This document shows, piece by piece, positions 40,192-54,823 of a stretch of 64,000 bases of DNA. The stretch comes from Eledone cirrhosa (lineage: Eukaryota), in contig OZ024743.1 of assembly GCA_964016885.1 (NCBI GenBank), positions 148,180,001 to 148,244,000 on the forward strand, given 5' to 3'. The notes under the pieces were generated by a model. That model was not told the DNA's origin. It made no database searches and saw nothing but the letters and a program-made list of their open reading frames with translations. The translations under genes and the position numbers were made by a program. Within the stretch, counting starts at the first letter, position 1, and every line of letters begins with the position of its first letter.

Positions 40192-43100
40192 ATGGGCGAC
40201 TGGAACGGGATCTTAGATGCACGCTGGGATTGTGTGGGGCTAGCGGATAGGGGAGGAAGGTGCAAGAGCCTCACCAACCTGCTCAGGCGTTTTGAACTGT
40301 CTGACAGGTACCGATTGGATTTCCCGAATGTGCCAATGTGGACTTGGACAAACCGCATCGGGTCATCCAGATCATATCTAGATAGAGTATTTTGTAGGGA
40401 AATAGATAGGTCTATTATAGGCTGTCCACAATTAAAGATAGTCAGCTACACGGAACACAAATTCGTGTCTGTGAGACAAGGACCCGGCTACTGGAAGTTA
40501 AACGCGTCATTAACAGCGCGCAAGGTCTACAGAGACCGGATTAGCGAACTAGTTAAGCGGGTGTTGACGGGGGCCATTGTCAACAACAAATGGTGGTTTG
40601 CTCTAAAAAGAGCGATTAGAATAAAGTCCATTAGATTTAGTAAGGCTTTAGCAATAGTAAAAATAGAGCAGAAGGAGAACTAGTTAGAAAATAAGACGAG
40701 GCGCTTACCAAAGGCATCGTTACCGAAGTACTTGCGGCGAAATTGGCCCTTGACCAATTATTCAATGCAAAGCCCGAAGGCTGCGTTGTCAGAGCTAGGG
40801 TGCGTTCAATGGACCCGAGTGGCGGAGGCGCGTCGTGGCAACAAAGCCACGATCCGGTCTTTGGTGGACCACGACGTTCGCATGGTACTCGATCCCGGGC
40901 AAATGTGTGAAGCTTTTCAGCGACACTTCGCTCAGCTGTTCGAGGGCAGCGGCGGGCCGGATCGGGGGATGGACTTTAGTGCCTACCTCGACGGACTCCC
41001 GCGGCTCTTGGCTACTGAGGCGGGGTGTTGCGAAAAGCCGATAACAGCAGCTGAAGTACGGGAGGCAATGACTGTTTTCACAAGGGGTAAATTACCTGGT
41101 TTGGGTGGTGTGCACTATGAAATTTACGTACAGATGCCAGACTTGTTCGGTGGCTTCTTGGCGGACGTCTACTGCAACTGGCAACAGCCGAGGAGTGGCG
41201 GCGCTGCTGGGAAAGGTTCCGGACAAGTGGTATAACATAGATAATTTCAGGACCATAACTCTGCTAAACACAGAGTTCAAGATTTTGGACAAGGTGCTAG
41301 CAAAGAGGTTGGCGCTTTTCGTTGGTGGTCTGGTGGGAGAGGCGCAGACATGCGCCATTCCAAACAGATCCATTCACGACAACCTCCACCTCATGCGATA
41401 CATCGTGGAGACGGTACCTAGGGAACCTGGTACGGGTGGGTCCATGTTAGATTAGTCGAAAGTATTCGATAGGGTCGACCATCGTTATCTGGCGGCAGTC
41501 CTGAGGGCGGCTGGCTTTGGGCCCGGCTTCAGAGGCTGGATCGCTGCCATGCACAGCGACATCTCGTCCCTCTTGTAGGTATAGACTCACGAGCCATTAC
41601 TGCACAAACTGGAGACGTTGAGTGGATCCCGCGCGAACTAGGCTGCGAAATACGATGTCACTGTAGTGATCGAACGCCAAACATATCGAGGCGATCGGCA
41701 CCACACTAAGAGAATACGAAGCGGTGACAGGAGCAATGATCAACCAGGAAAAGTCGGTGAGCCTGCAGCTCGGCACCTGGAGATGCAGGTCCATGCCGTC
41801 CAACTGCGTAGTCGGGCGCTGGACGGACCGGTTAAATAGCTAGGGGTCTGGTCTGGTCCACACCTCCAGGCGGACAAAAACTGGGACGAGGGGAAGAACA
41901 GGGTGGCTTCTCTCATCCAGAAATGGGCAGAGAGGAAGTTATCCCTGAAAGGTCGAGCGGAGGTGGCAAATGCGACCATCGCATCCGTCATCTACCACCG
42001 CCTGACCATCGTGCCTTGTCCTAAGCCTCGCCTGACTGCACTGGAGCGTTTGCTCTTTCGCTTTTTGTGGAAGGGACGCGCTCCGATGTTCAGGCGGTCC
42101 ATCTGCTGTCAACACCCGCTAAGTGGAGGGCTGGGCATGCCGTGGCAGATGCTGCGCAGAAACGCGCTCAGGCTACGACATCTCCATCTCTTCCTCGACG
42201 GGGATCATGTGTGGTCGCCGTTTGCTAGACGCGTCTCTCCCCAGCTCGTCTCCTTGACAGAACTGCAGTCCTGGGTCAAGCGAAGATTGAGAGTGAGCGC
42301 TTGGAGACTGGAATGTCTTCAGGTGTTCACGGCCCTCGACCAGTCGGGCAATGTGGTCGGTGGAAACTCCACCTTGGCGTTCTATAGAGGATTAGTGGAG
42401 GGGAAGAGCGACAACCTACTTGGGGAAACTCTAGGCGTCGACGAAAATCAACTAGCCAATCTCTTTGAAAGAACTTTCCTGCCGGGGCCTATGGACAATT
42501 ACAAGAAATCCTTGGCCCGGCAGTGCTTCCAAGGAGTTTTGCCAGTTCGGCATAAACTCTACAGGCACGGAAGTGCCGTCACCCGGGCATGTCCGAGATG
42601 CGCGCAGGGCAACGAAACCGTACTGCATGAACTCGTCCAGTGTCCGAGCATTGCTGACTTGTGGGTTTATTTCGAACACCTGCTGTCGCCTGTAGAACAG
42701 ATTCGGCTATCAGCTGAGTCCATCTTGAGGATTGCTCCGCCCTCTTCCTTTAGCCGGGAAAGGCAAACAGTTTTTATCTGTCTGGTGGCCATGGCGAAAG
42801 AGATAGTATGGTGGACGCGTCTGAAAAAGCTGAAGACGAGCACATACCCCTTCGGTGATGCCCTGATTAACTTTTCAAATTTCATTTGAAAAGGAAAATC
42901 AGGGTGGAGAGGGAAGTGCTCTCTTCCGAGAATTTTGTTGAAAGATGGGTGAGACAGGCAAGTATGGCCCGAGTGAATGGACCCACTCTGAGTATATGCC
43001 TGTAAATTGAAGGTGGAAAACGGGAGGGGGCACTTGCCCTGGTGGTCAGGGTCACCGTGGCTTTTTTTAATGGGCTTTCTCCACGGTGGCCCTCGGAAGC

Positions 43101-43300
43101 CCCCCCCCCCCCCCCCACACACACACACCTATTGGGGAATGTTTCATTGTTCTTCTTTTTGTCACATCCTTTGTTTTTTGGTTTTTGGGTTTTTTACACG
43201 CAGAAATAACCATTTGTACTGTCCTGTATTGTCCTGTACTGTCCTTAATGTCTACTTTATGTAAACCCGTGTGGTTAATAAAGAGTTTCCCCAAGTACGT
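40192..43300 (+). mobile_element. 5'-truncated, decayed Tx1/L1-type LINE (APE end, RT with internal deletion, CCHC finger, 3' UTR)
   Basis: GDWNGIL, SRSYLDRVF, GYWKLNAS, NFRTITLLNTEFKIL, LSLKGR, GGLGMP, CPRC..ETVLH..QCP; aataaa then ttattatta. Confidence 0.92.
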
Positions 43301-43596
43301 TATTATTATGGACGCACATGTGTGAAGACTATACAAATCTGCGGGGGGAAATGTTCGTAACTTTAAGCTGTTTTAAAGTGTCATTTTTTGTATTTTCTTG
43401 TCGTTAACGAAACATAAGGTACACATCTTGGTTTCAAGAGAGGGATACCTCTCAATATTCGGGCTTTAAGCCCGAATATTCAGATTTATTTTTTTTTAAA
43501 TCGGAAATTGTCGACCTTGAAACGGTAAACAACGTTCAGGTCAAAAGTTTAAAAGCAGCCACTGTAGATCTCACCACGACTACGACGGCTACAGTC

Positions 43597-45500
43597 ATGC
43601 CTGTCGTCCACTCTACTGAATGTGAAGGCAAAACTCAAAAGCTACCATCACAACCTTCTGTGTTAGCAGCAGTATCATCTGAAAACGACATCACCACCAC
43701 CACCGCCGCCGCCACCGCAACCACCGCCACCACCACCACCACAACAACAACTCAGAGCAATAACGACAATAACACCGACAGCTTCAATGTAAACACGGAT
43801 GGCGGTGGCAACAGCAACAACAAACAAAACAACAACAACAACACCAATAACAACAGCAAGAATGACAACACCAACAACAAGAGCATCAGAAGCACCACAT
43901 TTGCTGCAGCAGCACCAAAAACAAAGCGCTTATTGGATTTTGATATTAGCGATAAAGACGAACAGTTGGCCCAGGCGTGGGGGCTAATTAAACGGGAGAA
44001 GTCCTGGGCAAACCTGACCACCCCGGACGGGGCAATAGCGGCCATGCAAAGGAGGACGGTGTACTTTCGATGCATTCCGGTGCAGACACGAAAAGTGGAA
44101 CTTGCCAGCCAAGCAGAGGTCGAGGCTGCTTTGGAGTACATCGGAAGTAACATAGAGTATAAAACAAGAAGCAAACAGTTCGGTACCATCTCGGTACTGT
44201 TCAAAACCGAGGCCCTAGCTATTAAGCACTCGGTGACCCTCTGCAGAACGGAACGCATTATCATGCATCAGTCCAACATGGGTAAAAGGACAGTAAAGGT
44301 CCGCATTCCCAGCATCCGACCAGGAATGAACATATGGTGGCTGCTGGGATGCATAATCGAGGAGGGGACAGACACTACACTCCTGGATATCAAAAGGACA
44401 GAGAGAGAGGACTGGTCCGGTATGGATTTGGAGATTCTTCTACTTATGAAACCGGAGGACATGAACAACATCGCGGATTTTGCCCGCCTGCAGGACGGGA
44501 CAACAATCCAACTAATCACTGACGGAAGAAAGCCACGCTGCTTCGTCTGCGGGGAAGCAACGCATCTGCAAGCCTTCTTCCCTCAGCGCAAAAATGGAGG
44601 GGGTCGCAAAACTCCTTTGTTGCCAATGCCAGTGTCAGCACGGAAAGCTGCACCACCACCACCACCACCAAAAACACCACCACCAAAAACAACACCAACA
44701 AAGACACGGACACCAACATCAAAAACAGCCGGATCACCACCAACACCAAAACCAATCCAAGGGGAAAACGAGGAAAGCACTCCCCCCCCCCATTATACAC
44801 ATACACAAAACAATAAACGCACACACAGACACTGAGACACTCACAGCCACAGACCCTTTGTCTTCCAGCAGCGAAGATGAAGGAAAACCCAAAAGTGAAA
44901 AAAAACAGAAAACTCACAAAAAAAAAAGCCCCAACAAAACACAATAACATACACAACAAAAAATACAGACACCACTAACGCAAACACTTCCCCAATAACA
45001 TCAGCACCAACAGCAACATCGACACCACCCCCACAATCCCCGAAACGCAAACAACCTAAACAAACACAAGTACAAATAAACACACAAATACTTGAAATTG
45101 CAGACACCACACCTACAACAAACACAGACATACCCGAAACAACACCACCAAAACCATGACCACCACAGTCACCTAAACGAAAACAAATAAAACCACACCA
45201 ACAAAATGTTAAAAACTTCGTGCTTACAAGAAGGGCCAACGATAAACTGATGGCCCTCTTAGCACGAAGCGAGGACGTTCAAACAGAGGGGGAGATTTTT
45301 GAAAGGAGCACATTTTGCGTGCCAGAAGATTTGCTTCTGGTCCGAATGTCACTCAATTCCTTCAAAGAAATTCGAGAGAGCTTTCCTCAAGACGTGGGAA
45401 ACCCGAATGTGAAACCCACATCGAGATTTTAAAGGGGTTCCCAAAAGAAACCCCACCAACTATGGAGGTCGAACCACCCGACCTTCACCCCGGGAGGTAA
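43597..45500 (+). pseudogene. Tx1-type ORF1 (gag-like, zinc knuckle, Pro/Thr-rich), frameshifted
   Basis: 412-aa ORF with GRKPRCFVCGEATH, continuing in other frames to ~45500. Confidence 0.75.
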
Positions 45501-45533
45501 GTAAACCTTCCCTCTCTCTCTTAGCTTACCAAC

Positions 45534-48500
45534 ATGGCCATATTAAGAGTAGGAAGTTTAAATGTTCGCGGCCTGGGGTCACCCTGGAAGCAGGGTCGCC
45601 TGCTCAACGACCTCAGGTCACTGGAAATGGATATGATTGCCGTCAGCGAGACCAACATTTTCGACACGCGCGCACTAGCCCCTATTTTCTACGACTATCA
45701 GATCTTCGCATTTGTTAGCAGGCCGGGAATGGAGGTGGGGTGGAAGTGCTGTTTAGGAAAGGACTGGCTCTCGAGGTAAGTTCGATCTTCCGGGACCCGG
45801 ACGGTAATTTGGTGGTCTTGGATGTGAGCAGTAGCGAAGGTGGTGCCTTTAGACTGCTGGCCGCCTACGCCCCTACTGGGGCCGGACGACCGGATTTCTT
45901 TAGGCGCCTGGAGACCTTTCTGGGTACGTCTCGCCCTTTACTGTTAGCGGGGGACTGGAATGACATCTTAGACGCACGCTGGGATTGTGTGGGAGTAGCC
46001 GATAGGAGCGGGGGGTGCAAAAGCCTCAAGCACCTACTCAGCCAGTTCCAACTGTCTGACAGGTATCAACTAGATTTGCCCCAATGTGCCAGTATGGACA
46101 TGGACCAACCGAATGGGGTCATCTAGATCGTATATAGACAGGATCTTCATTAGGAAAATAGATATAAATAGTGTAGGCTGCCCACTTTTTAAAACGGTCG
46201 CCTATTCAGATCACAAATTTGTGATCTGTACGGTCGGCCTAGATAAAACGCGTAGATTAGGACCGGGTTACTGGAAACTGAACATGTCATTTCCAGCACG
46301 TAAGGCTTACAGGGACCGAGTCAACAATTTAGTTAAGCAAAAGTTGACAGGGGGGATCATCAACAACAGATGGTGGGGGGCTCTCAAAAGAGAGATTAGA
46401 GTAACTTCGATAGAGTTCAGCAAAGAACTAGCGTTAGAGAAAAATAGAAAGGAGGGGGAGCTGGTAGATAAGTTAGACGAGGCTATTTGTAGTGGCATTG
46501 CAACTGACGTGCTAGCGGCGAGAATGGCATTAGACCATTTCTTCAATGCGAAACACGAAGGTTGCATTGTCACAGCTAAGGCGCGTACGCTAAGAAACGA
46601 GGGAACCAAAGCTGTTCGATGGGCCCGCGTAGCGGAGGCGCAGCGTGATAATAAAACCACAATTCGGTCTTTGGCGAACCGAGACGGACACGAGATAAGC
46701 GATTCCAAGCGGATGTGTGAGGCCTTTCGCCACCACTTTGCTCGGTTCTTCAGGGAGAGTGGCGAGTCAGAGAAAGTAGCGGACTTCAGTCCCTACCTTG
46801 ACGGCTTGCCGCGCATCTCGACGGTCGACGCTGAGCGCTGCGAAAGGCCGATTACTTCAGCAGAAATTCAGGACGCCCTTGTCGGCTGCATGAGGCGCAA
46901 GTCACCCGGTTTGGATGACCTGCCCTACGAGATTTACGTAAATATGCCAGACTTGTTATCCGATCTCCTCGAAGCACTCTACTGCAACTGGCAGCAAAAT
47001 GGGAGTATTCCCAGTTCTGTGAGCAGGGGAGTGGTGACGCTGATAAGGAAAGACGAGAACAAGAGGGATACATTAGACAACTTCAGGCCCATAACTCTGC
47101 TCAACACAGAGTTTAAGATTTTGGCCAAGGTGTTAGCAAAGAGATCGTCGCTTGTCGTCGAGGATTTGGTTGGGGAGGCGCAACAATGCGCAATCCCAGC
47201 CAGGTCCATACACGACAATCTCCACCTCGTGCGATACATCATAGAGAGGATAGGGTGTAAACCTGGCTTCGGTGGGGCACTGATCAATCGAAAGCATTGG
47301 GGTCGACCATCGGTATCTGTTCGGCCCTGTCTTCAGAAGCTGGATCGCTGCAATGCACAGCGGCACAAGCTCGGTCGTCAAGGTTAATGGCCACCTCTCG
47401 GAACCATTTATGCTCTCCCGATCGGTCCGTCAAGGGTGCCCTCTCTCTTCCCTTCTGTACGTATTGACTCTCGAGCCTTTAACGCGTAAGCTGGAGCTGT
47501 TGCAGGGCATCCCGTTCGAACCGGGACGTGGAAGGGCGGTGTCGGTTTATGCGGACGACATCGCCGTGATGGTGTCGAACACCTCAGAGATCGAGGTGGT
47601 CGGCACCTTATTGAAGGAATTTGAAATGTTGACAGGAGCCAAACTTAACCCGGAAAAGTCGGTGTGCTTGCAGCTCGGATCCTGGAGTGGCAGGCCCATG
47701 CCGTCCAACAGCGTTGTGGGGCGCTGGACGGACGGACCGGTAAAGTTGCTCGGGGTTTGGTTCGGACCAGACCTCCAGGTGGAAAAGAATTGGGACGAGG
47801 TAACGAGCAGAATAGCCAGTCTCACCCAAAAATGGGCTGGGAGGAAGCTGTCACTGAAAGGTCGCGCGGAGGTGGCAAATGCGTACATCGCGTCCGTCAT
47901 CTACTACCGCCTGACCGTCGTGCCTTGCCCCCGTCCGCGCCTCGTCTAGTTGGAACGGCTCCTCTTCAAATTCTTGCGGTGGGGACAAGTTCCGTTAGTA
48001 AGGCGGACCCATCTGCTGCCAGCACCCTCTACGCGGAGGGCTGGGCATGCCGTGGCTAATGATGCGCAGACATGCGTTGAAGCTGCGACATCTCCAGATA
48101 TTCTGCCACAACGGTGAACAGGTGTGGTCGTCGTTTATCAGGTGGGCCTTTCCGCAGCTCATTTCTTTGACTGAGCTGCCGTCCTGGGTCAAGAAGAGAC
48201 CGAGACTGGGTGACTGGCACCTGGAATGTTGCCAGGCACTCACTGCCCTCTACCAAGCGGGCAATGCGATCAGATGAACTTCCACTCTCGAGTTCTATAG
48301 AGGATTAGTGGTGGGCAAGTGCGATGACGCACTCGGAGAAGCTTTGGGCCTCGACGAAGTCGAACTGACCAGTCTATACCGGAGGATTTTCGAGCCGAGG
48401 ACGATGGACAATTTGCAGAAATCCCTCGCTTTGCAGTGCTACCGGGGGACACTGCCGGTTCGGGATAAACTCTACAGGCACGGAAGTGCTGTCAGACGGA

Positions 48501-48920
48501 CCTGCCCAAGATGCGCACCGAACGACGAAACCGTTCTGCAGGCACTTGTCCAATGTCCGTGCATTACTGACTTGTGGAGTTATGTCGAACAGCTACTGTC
48601 GCGTGTGGAACGAAACCGGCTATCGGCCGAGTCCATAGTGAAGATCGACCCGCCGCCTTCCTTAGGTCAGGAAGAGCAGGAAATGTTCCTCAGTCTGGTG
48701 GCAGTTGCGAAAGAGGTTATATGGTGGACCAGGTTAAAAGGACTGAAGACAGACACTTTTCTCTTCGGCCAATCCCTCATCAACGTCTTCAAGTTTCACC
48801 TGGAAAGGAAGGTGAGGGTGGAGAGAGAAGTGCTGCCCCCCAGTACATTTGCTAAAAGGTGGATGAATGTGGTGAGAATGGCTCGTGTGAATGGGCCTAC
48901 TCTGACCTGCACCTACAGGC
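45534..48920 (+). pseudogene. Tx1-type ORF2 endonuclease/reverse transcriptase, frameshifted
   Basis: SLNVRGL, AVSET, YAP, GDWN, SDHK, KSPGLD, RPITLLN, SVRQGCPLS, YADDI, CPRC..ETV. Confidence 0.92.
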
Positions 48921-49212
48921 TAGCTAACTTAGAGGTGCTCTCCCTGGGTGCCCTAGAAGCGCAGGGTGGTTCAGGATTGGTGGGGTACCCGAGTCACCCC
49001 AGGGTCGTCCACCCCCTATCGGGGAATTTATTTTGTTATATTTATGCATAGTTTATTTTATATTCTTATATATTCATTATTAAATTAGTCTTGCCATTGT
49101 GCACTTTTACTCGACCTTATTGTAAACCCCCACTGTCCCTGTCTTTGTATTGTCCCCTACATGTCGGCCCTTGTGGCTAATAAATGAAATCCTTATTATT
49201 ATTATTATTATT

Positions 49213-49553
49213 CTTTGAGTCTCAGTCATTGCTGTTAGTTAACTGGAAAGTTTGTTGAAATGAATATCAAGCCACTACCTGCAGCCTCGGATATTCAGGA
49301 CTTATCGGAGGGTTCTTGCTGTTCCCAGCAAGCATGCCTTTTGAAGCGTTCCAAAAAGCGTGAAGGGGCTAATTTTCTTTAACCATCCCTGGAAACTTTT
49401 TGAGATAGTACCTAGTGCGCCTATGACAATCGGAACCAATTTGACTTCATGGCAGTTCCAAATCTTTTTACCTCCCACTCTAAGTCCTGGTATCGGTTAA
49501 TTTTCTCCCTCTCCTTCTCTTGCACTCTCGTGTCGAATGGGCAGGCCGCATCC
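49213..49553 (-). mobile_element. 3' fragment of an R4/Dong-type (RLE) non-LTR retrotransposon
   Basis: Minus strand DAACPFDTRVQEKEREKINRYQDL..WNCHEVKLVPIVIGALGTISK..QKACLLGTAR; 3' end abuts (TAA)n. Confidence 0.8.
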
Positions 49554-49554
49554 A

Positions 49555-49743
49555 GGGCGGTGGATTGGCAGTATCAGTAGAGCGCTGGACACCATGCTTT
49601 GAAGTATAGTCTTACGGCCCTTTGCAGTCACAGTTCAAATCCCGCCGAGGTTAACTTTGCCTTTCATCCTTACGGGGTCGATAAAATAAAGTACCAGTAA
49701 TGTACTGGTTAATTGCTGGCCTTGTGCCAAAAGTAAAAACAAT
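49555..49743 (+). mobile_element. Full-length SINE
   Basis: Same family as 866-1056. Confidence 0.87.
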
Positions 49744-49764
49744 TTTTATTATTCTAATTATTAT

Positions 49765-50645
49765 TCTTGGAGTCTCCGTCATTGATGTTATTTAACTGGA
49801 AAGTTTGTTCAAATGAACACCAAGCCGCTACCTACAGCCTCAGATATTCAGGACGTGTCGGAGGGTTCTGGTTGTTCCAAGAAAGCATGCCTTTTGAAGT
49901 GTTCCACAAAAGGGGGCTAGACTAATGCTCTTTAGTCATCCTGGAAAAATCTTCGAGATAGTACCTATTGCTCCTATGACAATTAAGACGATTTTGTTCT
50001 CATGACAGTCCGAAATGCTTTTTAATTCTTACTTTAAATCCCGGTAAAGTTTAATTTTGCATTCTTGTGTCAAGGTGCAGGCTACATCTACAATCAGGCA
50101 TGATTTTTTCCTTGTCAAAAACACCAGGTCAGGCCTATTGTGTTCTAATTTCTTGTCTGCCTGTATCTTGAAATCTCATAGCTCCTTATTATTATTGGTC
50201 GTTTTCTATCACCGACTCTGGCTTATGCTCATACCACGTCTCAGAATGTGGTAAATCATTTAGTTTGCATAAATGCCAGTGAATCACCTTTCCTATTATA
50301 TCATGCCTCCAGCCTTTATAGTGAGTCTGGGCTGAGTGTTTACACTCGGATACGATTTGAGCCACAGTGGCCTCTATCTCTCTCCACAGATCTTACACAG
50401 TAAGCTAGCCTCCTTTTCAATATGGAGTTTCACCCACTTCGTTCTGAGGGCTTGCACTTGTGCAGCCATTAGTATTCCTTCTGTAGCTTTTTTAAGGTCT
50501 CCTCTTTTTAATCTGCTCCATGTATGTGGATCTCTGAATTCCGTTTTCTTAAAGGTGCTCTGAAGGGATTTTTCTTGAAGGCTGCTCTTCCTCTTTGTTG
50601 TTATTTCCTCCTTGGACACCCCCTGGACTTTTGACTTCTCCTTCA
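49765..50645 (-). mobile_element. 5'-truncated R4/Dong-type retrotransposon (CCHC and RLE domain)
   Basis: LKKATEGILMAAQVQALRT..CKICGER; DFKIQADKKLEHNRPDLV; both ends in TAA-like repeats. Confidence 0.85.
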
Positions 50646-50684
50646 GTACAATTATTATCATTATTATTGTTATCATTATCATTT

Positions 50685-50740
<56 letters not shown>

Positions 50741-50878
50741 ATAGCAGTAGTAGCGTTATTAGTAGCAGTTATTTCACTGGATCTCCTATACTGCTTTTGT
50801 ATTGTAATTTTCAAATTAATCAAATAATATGTTTGTCACTGTGAAATACGGTCAGAAAAGACAAGTGACGTGTATAAA

Positions 50879-51050
50879 TAATTGTTTCTACATTTGGCAC
50901 AAGGCCAGCAATTATATCAGTGCATTACGACCCCGTAAGGATGACAGACAAAGTTAATCTCGGCGGGATTTGAACTCAGATCATAAAGGGCCTTAACTCT
51001 ATGCAACAAAGTATGGCGTCCGACCCTCTACCAATACTGCCAATCCAACA
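50879..51050 (-). mobile_element. SINE (internal deletion) with TSD gtataaataat
   Basis: Reverse complement of the SINE family. Confidence 0.85.
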
Positions 51051-51389
51051 CCCTTGGGGTATAAATAATGATGAAGATGCTGGAAACACCGTCGACGATT
51101 ACGAAGTATTTCACCAGTATAGTAATAATAAGTTATAAATGATTATTAGGAAATGACATTGACATTTCGTGATTGCTTCCTAGAGACGAAATTCAAAGAA
51201 AAGTCATGAAGTGCAAATGGCAACATGCCATGTTGAACAAGGGCTACTTCAGAATCTGATACATTTGACTAATCAGAAGTTTACACTTTAATAAAAAAAA
51301 ATAGTATAAAAACACGTGATTTAAATGAAGCTTTCTTTTTAAAACCATGTATTTATATGTACATATAAATTATGTGTATATACATATAT

Positions 51390-51476
<87 letters not shown>

Positions 51477-51804
51477 ATAATAGTGAAAAGAAAACAATTC
51501 GGATGTTGACAAATAAGTAGAGTGATGAAGATGAAAGAACGAAAGCCGAGGTTTATTAATACTATTATTAATATAGTTGTTGTTGTTGCTGTTATCATCA
51601 TTATTGTTATAAAAGTTGTTGTTTTGTTTGTTTTACTACATTTGCATTTTTTTTTTTCTCCAATTTTACATGTTTTCTCTTCTTAAGGAATAAACAATAT
51701 TTAGACATTTTCCCTGAAAACTTTGATAAAATCCTGAATTTCTTCATTAAAATATTAAATATAAAAGGATATTATATAAGTATAAAAAATAGCTACAAAG
51801 AAGA

Positions 51805-51878
<74 letters not shown>

Positions 51879-52341
51879 AACATATTCAGAATGTTTTGAA
51901 AGTTTTCAAGAATTAAGGAATTGAAAACAAAAAAAGAAAAAACAAAAGATGAAATAAACATACAACATTTAAAGAAATATAAAAGATTTAACAAAAAAGA
52001 AATGTTTTCTGAGATCACAAGTAAGTTATAACAACAAAATGAAGAACAATAACAAAAGCATATAAACAAATTAAATTTTCAAAAAAAATAATAGTGTGCC
52101 TTTTCTCAAACAATTTCATTATCAAAATGATAATTTCAAAAAATTCCAGAATTTTTCTAAAAAGTCTATTGAATATTGTAAAGTTATCCATACACTTATA
52201 GATTGAAATTAACAAAAAATACTTTAATATGAAAATGTGCCGTGTCAAAATGTTTTCATCATAAAATATTTGTATGTCAATATGCTTTAACTATCCATCT
52301 ACATATATACATTTATACATACATACATATATCTTTATATA

Positions 52342-52385
<44 letters not shown>

Positions 52386-53088
52386 AACATACGTAGATGC
52401 ATACGCGCGCACACATGCGCAGACATACGCATATATATATACAGGGATAAAAATGAATTAAAGACAGACAGACAATATAAAAATCTGATATATATGTGTG
52501 TGTATATACTTATGTATCCACTCTCACACACACACATATATGTATATATTTGTATATATATGTTTTCTATATATATATATATATATACACATATATATAT
52601 ATGGATATATATATATATACACAGATACATATATATGCAGACATATATATGTATATATACACATGTATGTGTATATATATATATATGTATTTGTATATAC
52701 TGTATATATATATATGTATCTATTATATATATTTCAATGTTACATGTAAATGTAGATACAATATCATAAAACACATATGTGTTTATTACATAAGTTTGGA
52801 GATTTATAGAAAATACAGTTTATTTGAGTGTGTGAGTGTAGAATTCTATATGAAAATACATGGGCGTATATGTGCAAACATTTAGGCCTTTAAATGCACA
52901 TGTGTAAATATACACATACGAGTCAACTGACCACATGTAAGTCTAGATTGACAAGGAATACACATATCCACTCTGTATTTTAAAATAGAGTGCGTATCTC
53001 GTTGATTGAAGTGCACCTCCTCGTACACATACACACACACACACATATATATATATATGATAAATATTTATATATATATAGATATATA

Positions 53089-53198
<110 letters not shown>

Positions 53199-53275
53199 AA
53201 CATATATATACATATATATAAATATACATATATATATACATATATATACGTATATATATGTAAATATATATAATA

Positions 53276-53371
<96 letters not shown>

Positions 53372-53373
<2 letters not shown>

Positions 53374-53720
53374 GGCTGCCCCATCGTCATCGAGTATCGC
53401 CATTGCACGATATACCATTAATAATAATTATTAATTAATTCTATCGTGCAATGCCTGTGCTTGAAGATATTTTTTAAAGTGAGGAAAGAATGTGCACTGA
53501 GTAAATCCCACTCTCTGAGCGACAGTAGCTATAACCCGAAAAGAAGAAAAGATCAACATCATCGGTAACTACTGAGCCGCAGGTTTTTTTATCGGAGTTA
53601 TCCCATTTTTCTGAGTTGCCTTCTCCTAGAAGAATGTCCTGACAAAGGCTAGGGGTCCTCCACTCCCAGTGGTTTAACAGCGCCATTGGGTATCCAGCCC
53701 GACTATTTCTATGTCCCTGC
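53372..53720 (-). mobile_element. Non-autonomous RTE-related repeat
   Basis: Homologous to 1-177 and 31686-32297. Confidence 0.6.
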
Positions 53721-53924
53721 GCATATACATACACATGCACCCATGCATATACACATATCTACAAATTCACACACATGTACATGTGTATATACATATTTAC
53801 ACACATAAGAGTCAACGGCTATCCAAATATATATATATATATATACTATTAATAATGAGTTCAAATCTCAGGTAGTCCTTTACAATGAAATAGCTCAAAG
53901 AAAGAAGTATTTCTGAGCCGTGTA

Positions 53925-54592
53925 ATACAAGTTAATACAAATTAATATATTTGATAAACACAAATACCAACATATCCATGTTTGTATTGTAAAGGACTAA
54001 GTTAGTTAGATTGAAAAATACTAATTATAATAATACAGTTTGCCTGTCTCGATTTAAAATAATAAATAAAAAAAAACAAAGTATATTGGCAAATAGCCGT
54101 GGTGCTTGGACAAATTTAAATTTCAAAATCAAACCTGTTCCGTAGACTGGTTTAAACCTTAAAATCCAAATAAGTTTCGAAAAATGAAAGTGAAAGAATA
54201 CCGCATTTCCATCTCCTCAGCAAGCACCAAAAAAATTGGTATGTTTCACTTCAAAATATTTAAAAAGACTGTTTAACGCACATTGTATTTCATGGTATTG
54301 CTGAGGAGATGGAAATGCGGTATTCTTTCACTTTCATTTTTCGAAACTTATTTGGATTTTAAGGTTTAAACCAGTCTATGGAACAGGTTTGATTTTGAAA
54401 TTTAAATTTGTCCAAGCACCACGGCCATTTGCAAATATACTTTGTTTTTTATTGATTTATTATTTTAAATCGAGACAGGCAAACTGTATTATTATAATTA
54501 GTATTTTTCAATCTAGCTAACTTAGTCCTTTACAATACAAACATGGATATGTTGGTATTTGTGTTTATCAAATATATTAATTTATATTAACT

Positions 54593-54597
<5 letters not shown>
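53925..54597. repeat. ~298-bp inverted repeat (53925-54223 / 54298-54597), probable PLE-type insertion with 5' inversion
   Basis: Near-perfect reverse-complement arms, 74-nt spacer, ends in (TA)n. Confidence 0.85.
54294..54372 (+). ncRNA. Degenerate hammerhead ribozyme
   Basis: ggtattg-CTGAGGA-gatggaaatg..catttttc-GAAA-ctta..taagg-TT-taaacc. Confidence 0.5.
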
Positions 54598-54663
<66 letters not shown>

Positions 54664-54823
54664 GTCTATATATATATACATGTATGTATATATATATATA
54701 TACATACATATATATATATATATATATAATAAAAAATTGAACAGGGACAGAACAGAGAGGCAGTACGACAAATGTTTATTAGATTCACGCTCAGGTTCGA
54801 TCGTGAACAAAAAATCATGGAAT

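Larger units (their letters stand above)
43310..49192 (+). mobile_element. Near full-length Tx1/L1-type LINE (5' UTR, ORF1, ORF2, 3' UTR), inactivated
   Basis: ORF1 with zinc knuckle, ORF2 with APE-RT-CCHC; ends aataaatgaaatcc(TTA)n. Confidence 0.93.
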
